A stretch of DNA of 55,866 nucleotides, taken from positions 1 through 55,866 of the forward strand of contig JAIROO010000330.1 of assembly GCA_031257535.1 (NCBI GenBank), written 5' to 3'. The position numbers were made by a program, and so were the translations under genes. The notes below the pieces were generated by a model, which saw nothing but the letters and a program-made list of their open reading frames with translations, had not been told where the DNA came from and made no database searches. The DNA is from Deltaproteobacteria bacterium. Its GTDB lineage: Bacteria; Desulfobacterota; Desulfarculia; Adiutricales; Adiutricaceae. Numbering within the stretch: position 1 is the first letter of the stretch; each line of letters begins with the position of its first letter. This document shows, one piece after another, positions 19,508 through 29,802 of the stretch.

Positions 19508-22500
19508 TTAGTCGTAATAATCTGGTTTGAGTTTATCGGCCTTATCCGTCAGGCTCTCATCCTCAAGGGCCTCGACCTCAATACCTAAGGCCATAAGTTC
19601 CTTAACTAAAATTTTAAAGTTTTCAGGCGGCCCGGCTTCTAAGAAGTTGTCGCCTTTGACGATCTTCTCGTACATCCGGGCGCGACCGTCCACGTCGTCG
19701 CTTTTGACGGTCAGAAACTCCTTTAGACTATAGGCCGCCCCGTAAGCCGCCATAGCCCAGACCTCCATCTCCCCAAAGCGTTGGCCGCCCAAGAGGGCTT
19801 TCCCGGCTAAGGGCTGCTGGGTAATTATGGAGTAAGGCCCTATGGACCGGGCGTGGATCTTGTCGTCGACTAAGTGGTTGAGCTTTAACATATACAAGAC
19901 CCCCACCGTGACCTCGTTTTCAAACTTCTCCCCGGTCCGGCCGTCGCGTAAAAAGGTCTGGCCATTTTCCGGCAGATTAGCTCGCCTTAAGAAGGCCCGG
20001 ATCTCGGACTCATTGGCCCCGTCAAACGCTGGAGTCGAAAGGTGGAGACCATTTCTCGCTCCTTTGGCGATCTTTAAAAGATCTTTGTCGCTAAGGTCGT
20101 CTATAAAGCGGTTAGCGTCCTTTTCCCCCAAGATCTCCCTGAAGTAGGCGCGGAGTTTTTTGGGGCTACGGGAGTCGACCAAGCGACCGATCTCCTGGCC
20201 TATGATAAGGCTCGCCCAGCCTAAGTGGGTCTCCATGATCTGCCCCAAGTTCATGCGGCTAAGCGGGCTTAAGGGATTTAAAACCACGTCGACTGGCGTC
20301 CCATCCTCAAAGAAAGGCATATCCTCTGCCGGCAGGATCCGCGAGACCACGCCCGCGTCGCCATGACGGCCGGACATTTTGTCGCCCACCGCGAGCTTTC
20401 TCTTCATGGCCACGAAGACCTTGACCGACTTAATGACGCCGGGCGGGAGTTGGTAGTCCTTTTGGACCTTAGCCACTTTTTCTTCATAGCTAAGGCGAAT
20501 GGCCTTTTGACTCTTTTGAAAGAAGTTCACTAAATCGTCGACCCGCGACCGAACGCTCCTGGTCTTGTCCTCGACCAAGTCCACTCCCAACCAAAGAGGG
20601 ATGGGCAGCTTAGCGATGGCTTTATGGGTAATGACTTTTCCCCGCTTAAAGACTGTCTGGTCGCCATCCCAGACCTCGGCTTTTAAAGTCTTGTCCACTA
20701 AGATCTTGATGAGCTGGTTTCGGACTTGTTGGGCGAGGATCGTCAGCTCGTCGGTTTGGTCTTTCATGAGGCGACTAATCTCGTCGGCTTCAAACCGCCG
20801 CGAGCGCTCGTCGCGTTCGACGTCTTTTCGATAAAAGACTTGGGTGTCGATCACCACGCCCTTAACTCCAGGCGGCGTTTTTAAGGAGGAGTCTTTAAAG
20901 ATTTGGGCTTTCTCCCCAAAAATAGCCCGTAAAAGCTTGCGCGTGGGCGTGTTATGGGGCTTGGCTTTGGGGGTGATCCGACCGACTAATATGTCGCCGG
21001 TTTTAACTTCCCTTCCTATCTTAATAATCCCAAAAGCGTCCAGATTGGCCAAATCCTCTGCCTCGTGATTCGGAATATCGCGGGTGATCTCCTCAGGCCC
21101 GAGTTTGGTGTCTCTGGCCGCCGCCTCGTAAACCTCGACGTGGAACGAGGTAAAAACGTCCTCTTTAACCAACCGCTCGGAGACCAAGATGGAATCCTCA
21201 AAGTTGTAGCCGTAATAGCTCATGAAGGCCACCGTGACGTTCCGACCCAAAGCCAGTTCGCCCAAGTCGGTGGCTGGCCCGTCGACGATGACCTGGCCTT
21301 TTTTCACCGACTCCCCGGGTTTAACGAGGAGTTTTTGGTTAAAGCAGGCGCTCTTGTTGGAGCGTTGGAACTTGTTCAGCTTGTAAAACTTGATAAACTC
21401 GCCATCGGTTAAGGGCCCTTTGGAGTCGTAGCGCATGACGACACGGGAGGCGCGGGCGTCTTCGACCACCCCGTCGCGCTCCGCCAAAATGGTCAGGCCC
21501 GAGTCGCGAGCCACCGCCGACTCTAAGCCAGTCCCGATTAAAGGGGCCTCGGTTTTTAGTAAAGGCGTGGCCTGCCGTTGCCAGTTGACGGCCAGGACAG
21601 CTCGTTTGGGGTCGTCGCGCTCTAAAAAGGGGATCAAGGAGGCGCCCACGGAGACCATTTGTTGAGGCGAGACGTCCATGAGCCGAACTTGGTCGGCCGG
21701 AATCAGGACGTAATCGCCGTTTAGGCGACAGGGGACCAAGTCGTTTAAAAAACGGCCTTTCCGAGTTAAAGGCGCGTTAGCTTCCGCCACCGGCAGATCG
21801 GCTTCTTCCATAGCCGTCAAGTAACCGACTTCCTTGGTGGGGGCCCTGTTTATCACCAGTCGGTAGGGAGTCTCGATAAAACCATACTCGTTGACCCTGG
21901 CGTAGGTGGCCAAGGAGACGATTAAACCAATACGTGCGCCTGATGGAGTCTCAAGGGGACAGAGGCGGCCGTAGTGAGTCGGATGGATGTCCCGCGCCTC
22001 AACCCAGGCCCGGTCGTGAGACCAGCCGTCTGGGCTTAAAGCCGACAGGCGACGCTTATGGGCGATCTCGGCTAAGGGGTTGTTTTGGTCTATAATCTGG
22101 GCCCGATGACTTTGCCAAAAGAATTTTTGAATCGCCATGGAGACGGGTTTAGAGTCAACAAGATCATAGGGAGTCATGTCGACAAGGTTATTGTCGCGCA
22201 TCCATTCTTTAGCCTTCCGCGCCATCCGGAAGAGGCCAGCCCGATACTCGTTTTCTAAAAGCTCCCCCACCGCCATGACTCGCCGGGAGCCCAAGTCGTC
22301 GAGGTCGTCGACCTGACCGTTTAAGTCTTTTAAGCGGACCAGCTCTTTAACCGTGGCTAAGACGTCTTCCCGGGTTAAAGTCGTTTTAGACGCGTCGTCC
22401 TTGGGGGCGGTTTTTAAGCGTAAGCTTAGTTTTAAGCGGCCAGCCGGGGAGAGGTCATAGAACTTGGGATTAAAAAAGAGGTCCTGAAGATAAGCCTTAG

Positions 22501-23662
22501 CGTTTTCTAAAGTTAGTGAGAGCGCGGGTCGATTCGTCCGGATGAGGGCTAACATGGCTTCTTCCTTTGTTTTCACCCTCTTTAAACAAATGGTTTCCCG
22601 AAAGTGGGAGCTAAGGTTAATCTGGTCGACGCGTAAGAGAGGGATCTCTTTGATCTCGGCGGCCAAAGCCTTGTCGTAAACCCTCTCGGTAAACTCCTCG
22701 TTTAAGCTTATAATGAGTTCTTTCGTCGCGTCGGAATAAACGTCCTTGGCCGCGACCAACCCATAGAACTCGGACGCTTCGGTTCGGATCTCTTTAATCC
22801 CGGCCGCCGCTAGCTTTTGGGCGCTGACCTTATCGATCTTATCGCCTGGCCGTAAAATAAGTCGGCCGTCGCGGGGGTTGACCACGTCCTCGTAGGCTGT
22901 TTGGCCAATAATCCGGTCCGGGAAGAGCTCTCGAGTCGCCTGGCCCATGGCGTTAAAACGGAGGATCTCTTTTTCGTAGAACTCGTTTAACAGCTCTTCC
23001 GAATCGTAACCTAAGGCTTTGAGGAGGACGCTCGCCGGAAACTTTCGCCCTTTTTTGAACCGCGCGTAAACGATGTCTTTATGATCCATATCCAGTTCCA
23101 GCGAAGCGCCGCGACTGGGGATGATCTTCGCCGAATAAAGATTTGTCCCCAAGGCGTGGGTTTTGCCTTGGTCGTGGTTAAAGAAGACGCCGGGGGACTG
23201 GCCCAGCTGGGGGACGACAACGAATTCAGCGCCAGAAATTATGAAGGTTCCCCGCTCGGTCATTAAGGGCAGGCTCCCAAAGTGGAACTCCAGCTCTTTG
23301 ATCTCCTTAATTTTCTTAGCCCCAGATTTATTGTCTTGGGCGTAAATCTCCAAAGAGAGCCCGAGCTTTAAGGGGACTTCGTAAGTTAGGCCCTTAGCCA
23401 GACACTCGTCTGGGTCGGACTTGACTTCGTCTAAGGCGTAGTAAAGGAACTTTAAGTGAGCTGACCCAGAAAAAGTGGAGATGGGGAAAACGCTTTTAAA
23501 AACCGCTTGGAGGCCGTAATCTTCCCGCTCGTAAGCCGGCGCGTCCTTTTGAAGGAAGCGCTCGTAAGATCGCCTTTGCGTTTCAAGGAGATTGGGCGTT
23601 TCGGTAACCAGTTCGGTTTTGCCGAAATTTTTACGAACGCGGGGATGGAAAACGGAAGGCAT
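19508..23662 (-). CDS. rpoB: DNA-directed RNA polymerase beta subunit homolog (full length, atypical motifs and context)
   Basis: The 1384-aa ORF is collinear with bacterial beta subunits. Shared motifs include [70 protein letters not shown] and [36 protein letters not shown]. Several normally invariant positions are substituted (see findings), and no rplL or rpoC neighbour is present. Confidence 0.85.
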   Translation of the reverse strand: MPSVFHPRVRKNFGKTELVTETPNLLETQRRSYERFLQKDAPAYEREDYGLQAVFKSVFPISTFSGSAHLKFLYYALDEVKSDPDECLAKGLTYEVPLKLGLSLEIYAQDNKSGAKKIKEIKELEFHFGSLPLMTERGTFIISGAEFVVVPQLGQSPGVFFNHDQGKTHALGTNLYSAKIIPSRGASLELDMDHKDIVYARFKKGRKFPASVLLKALGYDSEELLNEFYEKEILRFNAMGQATRELFPDRIIGQTAYEDVVNPRDGRLILRPGDKIDKVSAQKLAAAGIKEIRTEASEFYGLVAAKDVYSDATKELIISLNEEFTERVYDKALAAEIKEIPLLRVDQINLSSHFRETICLKRVKTKEEAMLALIRTNRPALSLTLENAKAYLQDLFFNPKFYDLSPAGRLKLSLRLKTAPKDDASKTTLTREDVLATVKELVRLKDLNGQVDDLDDLGSRRVMAVGELLENEYRAGLFRMARKAKEWMRDNNLVDMTPYDLVDSKPVSMAIQKFFWQSHRAQIIDQNNPLAEIAHKRRLSALSPDGWSHDRAWVEARDIHPTHYGRLCPLETPSGARIGLIVSLATYARVNEYGFIETPYRLVINRAPTKEVGYLTAMEEADLPVAEANAPLTRKGRFLNDLVPCRLNGDYVLIPADQVRLMDVSPQQMVSVGASLIPFLERDDPKRAVLAVNWQRQATPLLKTEAPLIGTGLESAVARDSGLTILAERDGVVEDARASRVVMRYDSKGPLTDGEFIKFYKLNKFQRSNKSACFNQKLLVKPGESVKKGQVIVDGPATDLGELALGRNVTVAFMSYYGYNFEDSILVSERLVKEDVFTSFHVEVYEAAARDTKLGPEEITRDIPNHEAEDLANLDAFGIIKIGREVKTGDILVGRITPKAKPHNTPTRKLLRAIFGEKAQIFKDSSLKTPPGVKGVVIDTQVFYRKDVERDERSRRFEADEISRLMKDQTDELTILAQQVRNQLIKILVDKTLKAEVWDGDQTVFKRGKVITHKAIAKLPIPLWLGVDLVEDKTRSVRSRVDDLVNFFQKSQKAIRLSYEEKVAKVQKDYQLPPGVIKSVKVFVAMKRKLAVGDKMSGRHGDAGVVSRILPAEDMPFFEDGTPVDVVLNPLSPLSRMNLGQIMETHLGWASLIIGQEIGRLVDSRSPKKLRAYFREILGEKDANRFIDDLSDKDLLKIAKGARNGLHLSTPAFDGANESEIRAFLRRANLPENGQTFLRDGRTGEKFENEVTVGVLYMLKLNHLVDDKIHARSIGPYSIITQQPLAGKALLGGQRFGEMEVWAMAAYGAAYSLKEFLTVKSDDVDGRARMYEKIVKGDNFLEAGPPENFKILVKELMALGIEVEALEDESLTDKADKLKPDYYD

Positions 23663-24041
23663 GGGCGCTCCTTAGCGATGTCTAGCCCACTTAAAAGGCG
23701 TGGCGAAAAAACTGTCTTGTTTTCGTCAACAAGACCTCTCTTAAAGTTTAATTCTATTGGCGCCCGTAAGTGGTCGCCGTAAAGGGGCGATAGATTTTTT
23801 TGACCTCAAACTTAAAGTCCTCTCAAAGCGACGCTTTGGCCGTCTTGGGATTTTTTTCGGTCGCTAAAGCCGCGTAAAATATTTTTGACCTGTTATTCTA
23901 TCGTCTATTTTTTAAGTTCGTCTATTTTTTAAGTTCGTTTATTTTGGTTAAGTTAAATCGAAAGCTTAAAATCGCCGTTAACTAAGGGCTCCGGGAATCA
24001 GGGCCTAACGTTTTTTTAAGTTTTTAAACGAAAAAGTTTTT

Positions 24042-25403
24042 CTATTTATCTTTATTGGCTTTTAGTTTGGCTTCCCGTTCGGCCAGAAATTCGCCGATCC
24101 GCTTTTCCAGGCCGCGATTTGTTGGGTGGTAATATTTTTTTCCGCTAAGCTCTTTAGGCAGTCGCTCTTGATCGACTATGGCTTCCTCGTAATCGTGGGC
24201 GTATTGGTAATCGCGGCCATAACCCAAATCTTTCATTAGCTTGGTCGGGGCGTTGCGAATATTAAGCGGCGTGGGTAAGGGGCCGTAATTCCGCGCGTCG
24301 GCCCGGGCGGCGTTAAAAGCCACGTAAACCGCGTTCGACTTGGGGGCGGTGGCTAGATAAGCGGCTAAATGAGCTAAGGCCAGATCCCCCTCCGGCGAGC
24401 CCAGTAAGCGGTAACTGTCTAGACAGGCGGTCCCTAAGGTTAAGGCCCCATTGTCGGCTAAACCCACGTCTTCCGAAGCGAAGCGAATCATCCGTCTTAA
24501 AAGGTAGACCGGATCCTCGCCACCTTCTAACATCCTGGCCAACCAGTATAAAGCCGCGTCCGGATCGCTGTCCCTTAAGGACTTGTGCAGAGCCGAGATC
24601 AGGTTGTAATGCTCTTCGCCGCCCTTGTCGTAACGCCAGGCCTTTTTCTGGACCGCTTCCTCTAAGACGCTTAGGGGAATGACTCTTTGCCCTTCCGCGT
24701 TAGGTTTAACCAAGCTCGCGGCCAGCTCTAAGGCGTTTAAAAGAGAGCGAGCGTCGCCGCCCGCGCTTCTAAATAGAAACTCCTTAGCTTCATCGGTTAG
24801 GCTGGCCTTAAGACGCCCTAAGCCTTTAACCTCGGTCAAAGCTCGCCGCGTTAGATCGGCCAAGTCCTCGGAGCTTAAGGGCTCTAAGACCAAGACCCTG
24901 GCCCTTGAGATCAAAGCCGGAATGATTTCAAATGAAGGGTTTTCCGTGGTGGCCCCGATCAAGGCGATGAGCCCGTTTTCCACGTGGGGCAAAAAGGCGT
25001 CTTGCTGGGCTTTGTTAAAGCGATGGATTTCGTCGACGAACAAAACCGTCTGCCGTTTACTTAAGCGCAGCCGGGCTTGGGCCGTGGCCACGACCTCCCG
25101 CACGTCTTTAATCCCAGCTAAGACGGCGGAAAACTCCACGAACTCGGCCATGGCTTTTTGGGCTAAAATCCGAGCTAAAGTCGTTTTTCCGACTCCGGGT
25201 GGCCCCCAGAGAATCAGGGAGGCGATCCGGTTTTCCTCGTACAGAAGGCGTAAGAGCTTACCCGGCCCCACCAAATGGGCTTGACCGACGAAGTCGTCAA
25301 GGTTGGTCGGCCGCATTCTCTGGGCCAAAGGAGTCCAGACAGGGTCGGTGGGGGTAAAGAGGTCCATTTGCCGCCTTTTTTCGTTTTTTTGGTTAAACTC
25401 CAC
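24042..25403 (-). CDS. rarA: Replication-associated recombination protein A (MgsA/RarA AAA+ ATPase)
   Basis: 453-aa ORF. It shows the N-terminal LAxRMRP...L.DFVGQ.HL pattern, Walker A GPPGVGKTTLARI, Walker B FVDEIHRFNK, and a C-terminal MgsA-type helical domain (HYNLISALHKSLRDSDPDAALYWLARML). Confidence 0.9.
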   Translation of the reverse strand: MEFNQKNEKRRQMDLFTPTDPVWTPLAQRMRPTNLDDFVGQAHLVGPGKLLRLLYEENRIASLILWGPPGVGKTTLARILAQKAMAEFVEFSAVLAGIKDVREVVATAQARLRLSKRQTVLFVDEIHRFNKAQQDAFLPHVENGLIALIGATTENPSFEIIPALISRARVLVLEPLSSEDLADLTRRALTEVKGLGRLKASLTDEAKEFLFRSAGGDARSLLNALELAASLVKPNAEGQRVIPLSVLEEAVQKKAWRYDKGGEEHYNLISALHKSLRDSDPDAALYWLARMLEGGEDPVYLLRRMIRFASEDVGLADNGALTLGTACLDSYRLLGSPEGDLALAHLAAYLATAPKSNAVYVAFNAARADARNYGPLPTPLNIRNAPTKLMKDLGYGRDYQYAHDYEEAIVDQERLPKELSGKKYYHPTNRGLEKRIGEFLAEREAKLKANKDK

Positions 25404-25662
25404 GCAAAACTAGAACTTTACGCGAGTTAGTTGGTGAAAATAGTAAAGTAGTTAACGGTTTTTTTGACAAAAATTTGGCATTAAGCGTCTATAATTAAAT
25501 AAATATATGATTTTATTATAGTTGTTAGAATTATTAAAATATTTTATGATATTGTTAGATATCATGACGTTTCTTACAAGTAAAAATTATCTTAAAATAA
25601 TCATATAAAATTTTTATCAATTATTATTAGTTAATCAATATTGATTTGGTTTAAAGGTCATT

Positions 25663-26376
25663 TTAGGCGCCATTAGGCCAGGCTTTGAGCCTTAACCACA
25701 GATCCTTCGTTTGCTGGATCAAGCGACTAAGGGAGCCGCGGTTGTCGATGATAGCGTCGGCTAAGCGGATTTTATCGGCGTAGGGTTTTTGACTTTTGAT
25801 CATTCTTTTGACGAGGAAGCGGGACTTTTTGGGGTCTCTGGCTCTCAAGCGGAGGTATTGGGTCTCTGGGTCGGCGAAACAGACCACGACCGGTTTAAAA
25901 AGGCTATTGAGGTTAGCCTCAAAGAGCAAAGGGACATCGATTATAACTAGGGGACTGTCTTTAAGCTCGTCGAGTTTTTGGAGCGTAAGTTCCCAAGTTA
26001 AGGGATGGACGATATTTTCTAAAGCTCGCCTTATAAGGGGCTTTTTAAAAACCAAAGCCGCGATTTTTGGCCGGTCGAGCGACTGATCGGGTTTTTGAAA
26101 TTTCGGGCCAAAGAGCTTTAGGGCTTCGGTCCAGCCCGGCGTAAAAGGGGCTAAAACTTCGCGGGCTAAGACGTCGAAATCAATGAGATCCGCTCCTAAA
26201 GCCACTAAGAGCGAGGCCACCGTAGATTTGCCCGAAGCCACGCCCCCGGTTAAGGCCGCCCGGACGCGACCAGGCTGGCTTTTAAGGGCGTCGGCCACGT
26301 CCAGAGCCCAACTTGGCGGCGGCGGCTCTTCGGGGCGACGGGTCAGTTCAGGCGGAGATTCGGGCATGGTTACCAA
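25663..26376 (-). CDS. coaE: Dephospho-CoA kinase with a ~40-aa N-terminal extension
   Basis: 237-aa ORF with P-loop LTGGVASGKSTV and a typical CoaE layout (IDFDVLAREV..., VIIDVPLLFE). Its start overlaps the upstream HAD gene end by 7 nt. Confidence 0.8.
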   Translation of the reverse strand: MVTMPESPPELTRRPEEPPPPSWALDVADALKSQPGRVRAALTGGVASGKSTVASLLVALGADLIDFDVLAREVLAPFTPGWTEALKLFGPKFQKPDQSLDRPKIAALVFKKPLIRRALENIVHPLTWELTLQKLDELKDSPLVIIDVPLLFEANLNSLFKPVVVCFADPETQYLRLRARDPKKSRFLVKRMIKSQKPYADKIRLADAIIDNRGSLSRLIQQTKDLWLRLKAWPNGA

Positions 26377-27038
26377 TTGGCCACGACTTTATGAAAATCG
26401 GCGGGGGTGGTTAAAATGGCTAAAGCCCCACTTTCCAAGAGCTCTTCTTGGGGTCGAAATCCCCAAGCCACGCCAATGGGCCGACAACCCGCGCCTTTAG
26501 CCGTCGCCATGTCCACCGCGCTGTCCCCCACGTAGAAAACTTCTTTTGGCGATTGACCTAAAGAGGCGCAGATGGCCAAAGCTCCGGTCGGGTCGGGTTT
26601 AGGGGTCACGCCGGGTTTTACGCCCAAGATTTGGGAAAATATCCCTGGAAAATAGTGGTTGACCACGGCTACGGCGTTTTCGTGGTCTTTATTGGAGAGG
26701 AGGCCTAAGCTCCAATCCTTAGCCACTAGATCTTGTAAAAGCTCCATGATCCCCTCATAGGGCGTGGTTTTGTCGCATTGGCGGCGGGCGTATTCATTTT
26801 TAAAAAAAGCCATAACTTTCGTCTGGGTCGCGGGATCCTTATGGTCCGGCGGCAGGGCCCTTTCAATCATTTTGACCAGGCCATTACCCACCATTTGCCG
26901 ACAAGCGCTAAGTTCGCGCGTCGGTAAATCAAAGGCCGCGAGAGCGAGGTTTAAGCTATCGGCTAAGTCCGGCAGAGTGTTTAACACGGTGCCGTCTAAA
27001 TCAAAAATGGCCGCTTTTTTGGTCATCCAGTTCTCCAT
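26370..27038 (-). CDS. HAD-superfamily hydrolase, phosphoglycolate phosphatase-like (subfamily IA)
   Basis: 222-aa ORF with HAD motif I FDLDGTVLNT, motif II LLSNK and motif III/IV GDSAVDMATAKGAG. Confidence 0.8.
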   Translation of the reverse strand: MENWMTKKAAIFDLDGTVLNTLPDLADSLNLALAAFDLPTRELSACRQMVGNGLVKMIERALPPDHKDPATQTKVMAFFKNEYARRQCDKTTPYEGIMELLQDLVAKDWSLGLLSNKDHENAVAVVNHYFPGIFSQILGVKPGVTPKPDPTGALAICASLGQSPKEVFYVGDSAVDMATAKGAGCRPIGVAWGFRPQEELLESGALAILTTPADFHKVVANW

Positions 27039-27428
27039 CTTCGTTTTTAATTTCCCAAGTTTTGCAGTTGTGATCTCGGGAAAGCTAGACCACGCCTAAC
27101 TTTCAGTGCTATTTTAGCACAAAAAAAAGTCAGGAAAATAAATTTATTTTTGGTCGACGGTGGGCTGGAGTTAGAAGACAATTGTCGCTATTCATTCTTC
27201 TAGATATTACAGACATGTAGTTCTATAATCTGATCTTTCTCGCTACATTAGAGGTTATAAGATTAGTATTTATGTCAAATATTTTCGAAAATATCTAATT
27301 AAAAAAATTTTTTTAAAACTTTATATATAGTTGAGTATAATTCAATTTTTATGTATTATTACTTTACTTTTTAATTTTTTTTTTGTAATAAATGTTGATT
27401 TAATAGTTCTTTTGATTGTATTTAAGAA

Positions 27429-27826
27429 CTATTTTAAGTTAGTCGATTTAGGTAAACGTAGATTATAAATTATGCCATAAGCGTCAAGTATCAGCTGGAG
27501 ATCGGCATTTGTTTTAGTTAATCGGTAATATCCGTCGGGCAATGGGTCAGCATTCCAAGAATTGAGCGCTTCTTGAATTTTTTCTGTTGTAAGGCCAGAC
27601 TCCCAGCCGTCAATATTTAGGGTGTCTTTTCCTTGAAATTTAAGAATTCTATTATGAATTAGTCTCACAATAGTGTGAGAGATGAAACAAATTAAAAAAT
27701 GGGCGTTAATATGCTCTGGAGTTCGGACAAATATAGGTCTTCTATCAAGATAGCTCTTAATGACTCGAAAAGAATATTCAATACGAGAAAGTCCATGGTA
27801 TTTTCCGATTATTTCAAGATCTGATT
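27429..27826 (-). pseudogene. 3' remnant of an IS4/IS1634-family transposase gene
   Basis: The open frame reads EIIGKYHGLSRIEYSFRVIKSYLDRRPIFVRTPEHINAHFLICFISHTIVRLIHNRIL.... This is the Y-x2-R-x3-E-x6-K C-terminal signature region of IS4-type DDE transposases. There is no N-terminal part, and a stop lies immediately upstream. Confidence 0.6.
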
Positions 27827-27910
27827 ATCAATTTCAGATGTAATTATAACATAGTAACCAAATAAACTAGTATACTCATTTAATTTATCAAAATCAATGC
27901 CCTTTCGTAG

Positions 27911-28399
27911 CAAAAGGAAAAGTACGCCCTAGATGGTAAAACATTTAGCTTTGCGGATCAATGTAAACATCTAACAATATGGAAGGAAAACAAAGAGACA
28001 AGTTGGCTAAAAGAGGTTCCCTCCCAAACTCTCCAGCAGACCCTAAAGGATTTGAACGTAGCCTTCAAAAACTTTTTTGAAAAGAGAGCTAAACTTCCTA
28101 GGTTTCAAAAAAAAAAAGGCCAAGAGGATAGTTTCAGGTATCCGCGGGGCTTCAAGTTGGACGAGGCTAACGACAGGGTTTTTCTCCCGAGACTAGGCTG
28201 GACGCGTTATCGCAACAGCCGGAAACTGGACGGTAAACCGAAAAACATAACAATATCGATAGTTTGCGGTCGTTGGTTCATGTCCGTATGCGTAGAACGT
28301 CCCTTCGTGGTCGAAGAACACGAGGACCAGGGACCCATTGGCGTCGACATGGGTATCAAGAATTCCGTTTTTGGCTTTACGGGGCGGTTGTTTTTTTAG
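27911..28399 (+). pseudogene. Internal fragment of an IS200/IS605-family TnpB (OrfB) gene
   Basis: The frame reads ...SWLKEVPSQTLQQTLKDLNVAFKNFFEKRAKLPRFQKKKGQEDSFRYPRGFKLDEANDRVFLPRLGWTRYRNSRKL...GVDMGIKN. This is typical of the TnpB WED and first RuvC (D in GxDxG) region. The N-terminus is missing, and everything after RuvC-I (the remaining RuvC motifs and zinc finger) is absent. Confidence 0.65.
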
Positions 28400-28577
28400 T
28401 TTTTCACGGGTAAATTTTGTCGGCTATAAAGTCAGCTTATTGTTAGCTTTATAGGTTAATTTCGCTAAAAAAATCGTTAGAGCGAGCGCGTAAGGGGCCT
28501 TTTTTGAGGAAGCCAAGGCGAGGTTAGGGTCTTTTTTAAGACTTAAGCGGGCTGGTCTTTAAAAAGGCGGGGCGTAA

Positions 28578-28615
28578 AAGGCCTTTTTAGAGGAAAAACC
28601 TCTAAAAAAGGCCTT
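28578..28615 (-). terminator. Long near-perfect hairpin downstream of the lipoprotein gene (putative intrinsic terminator)
   Basis: AAGGCCTTTTTAGAGG-AAAAA-CCTCTAAAAAAGGCCTT forms a 16-17 bp stem with one bulged A. T residues follow on the minus strand. It lies ~40 nt after the stop at 28655. Confidence 0.45.
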
Positions 28616-28654
28616 CGCGTTTTTTGGCGTTAAAAGTCAAGAGCTTTTAAAAAC

Positions 28655-29077
28655 TTATTGAGCGGCTGGAGTCTCGGGAGCGTCGGTCTCGCTTTCCGCC
28701 GGAGCGTCAGCCGGAGCGGCGGCGTCTTCAGCTGGCGCGCCTTCGGCGGGTGGAGCCTCGGTGGTTTCGGGGGCCGCCTCGGGAGCGGGAGTCTCGGCGG
28801 CGGGGGCCGCCGCGTCAGTGGCCTCGCCAGCCGGCGGAGCTGCGGCTTCAGGAGCTGGAGCCGCGTCAGGAGCCGGCGCCGGGGGCTCAGGAGCCGGAGT
28901 CGGGGGCGTGGCCGGGGGAGTAGCCGGAGCGGCTGGAGCGGCTGGAGCGGCTGGAGCGGCCGGAGCTGGAGTAGAGCTAGCTGGGGGCTCGCTACTACAG
29001 GCTAAAAGAGCCAGGGAACCGAGGCAGACCAAGGCCAGCCCCAAGAACAGGTTTTTCCAAATAGGGGTTTTGGGCAT
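28655..29077 (-). CDS. Ala/Pro-rich low-complexity lipoprotein
   Basis: 140-aa ORF with a signal peptide ending in the lipobox LLAC|S. The remainder is a P/A/E-rich tract with (APA)n, encoded by 9-nt GGAGCGGCT-type repeats around 28926-28965. The coding strand is chosen for the signal peptide and lipobox. The two plus-strand ORFs here are antisense artefacts. Confidence 0.6.
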   Translation of the reverse strand: MPKTPIWKNLFLGLALVCLGSLALLACSSEPPASSTPAPAAPAAPAAPAAPATPPATPPTPAPEPPAPAPDAAPAPEAAAPPAGEATDAAAPAAETPAPEAAPETTEAPPAEGAPAEDAAAPADAPAESETDAPETPAAQ

Positions 29078-29612
29078 TTCGATTTTCGCTTAATCCCGGG
29101 TCAAGCCCTAGGGATCCTAGCGTCCTCCATAAAAATAAAATAAGGCGGCCTTGTGGACGCCGATAATGTAGCCAAAATTGGGATAATGACCAAGAAATGG
29201 CCTTTAAAGGGAGAGAAAAACTAGTCAGAGCGAAGAGTCCTTTTTTTGGTCTTAAAAAAACAAAATTCGCTACTTCCTTAAACGCCGAAAGACAGCCTCC
29301 CCAACCCGCCTTAAGGAAAAATTTCCAAAAGATTTCGTATACTATATGTTAAGTTTGGGCAAAATTCAAGTCGAAGACTTGATTAAAAAAAACTGGTCTT
29401 GGCCAATAAACTAACGGCCACTAACAATTAAGTCAACTAAAAAATTATAAATTATCTGAGTAAATTGTTGTTTAAGTAAAATTTGCTAAAATAACTTATA
29501 TAAAAGACGTTTATAACTTTTTAAATTGCGTAATAAAGTATCAAAATATTTTATATGCAATAAATAGGAGTATTAAATAAATTTTAGAGCTAAATTAGGC
29601 AATCTCTCTGGC

Positions 29613-29641
29613 TTGACAAAAGACTGGCTTTTGGTTAAATT
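29613..29641 (+). promoter_or_regulatory. Sigma70-like promoter candidate upstream of tRNA-Gly
   Basis: TTGACA (29613-29618), a 17-nt spacer, then TAAATT (29636-29641), about 85 nt upstream of the tRNA. Confidence 0.3.
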
Positions 29642-29726
29642 ACTTTTCGCCCCCAAAAAAAAAGGCGATGTTTAAGTTAGGCTAAAACGCCGGGGATTTC
29701 TTGGGCGTTTATTTTTTTGACTCTGA

Positions 29727-29802
29727 GCGGACATAGCTCAATTGGTAGAGTACAAGCTTCCCAAGCTTGGGGTTGCGGGTTCGATCCCCGTTGTCCGCTC
29801 CA
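29727..29802 (+). tRNA. tRNA-Gly (anticodon CCC), CCA encoded
   Basis: A manual cloverleaf fold works. Acceptor GCGGACA/TGTCCGC. D arm GCTC-AATTGGTA-GAGT. Anticodon arm CAAGC-TTCCCAA-GCTTG. Variable loop GGGTT. T arm GCGGG-TTCGATC-CCCGT. Discriminator T, then CCA. Confidence 0.9.

Noticed and set aside
24679-25284. 201-aa plus-strand ORF
   Set aside because: It is antisense to the strongly supported rarA gene and has an Ala/Ser/Arg-rich shadow-frame composition. The same reasoning applies to the many 60-120-aa ORFs antisense to rpoB, the kinases, the GRE, the ABC genes and the TBDRs.
28658-29093. Two plus-strand ORFs (115 and 110 aa) over the Ala/Pro-rich region
   Set aside because: They are Gly/Ser/Arg-rich mirror frames of a GC-rich repeat. 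Only the minus-strand frame has a signal peptide with a lipobox.
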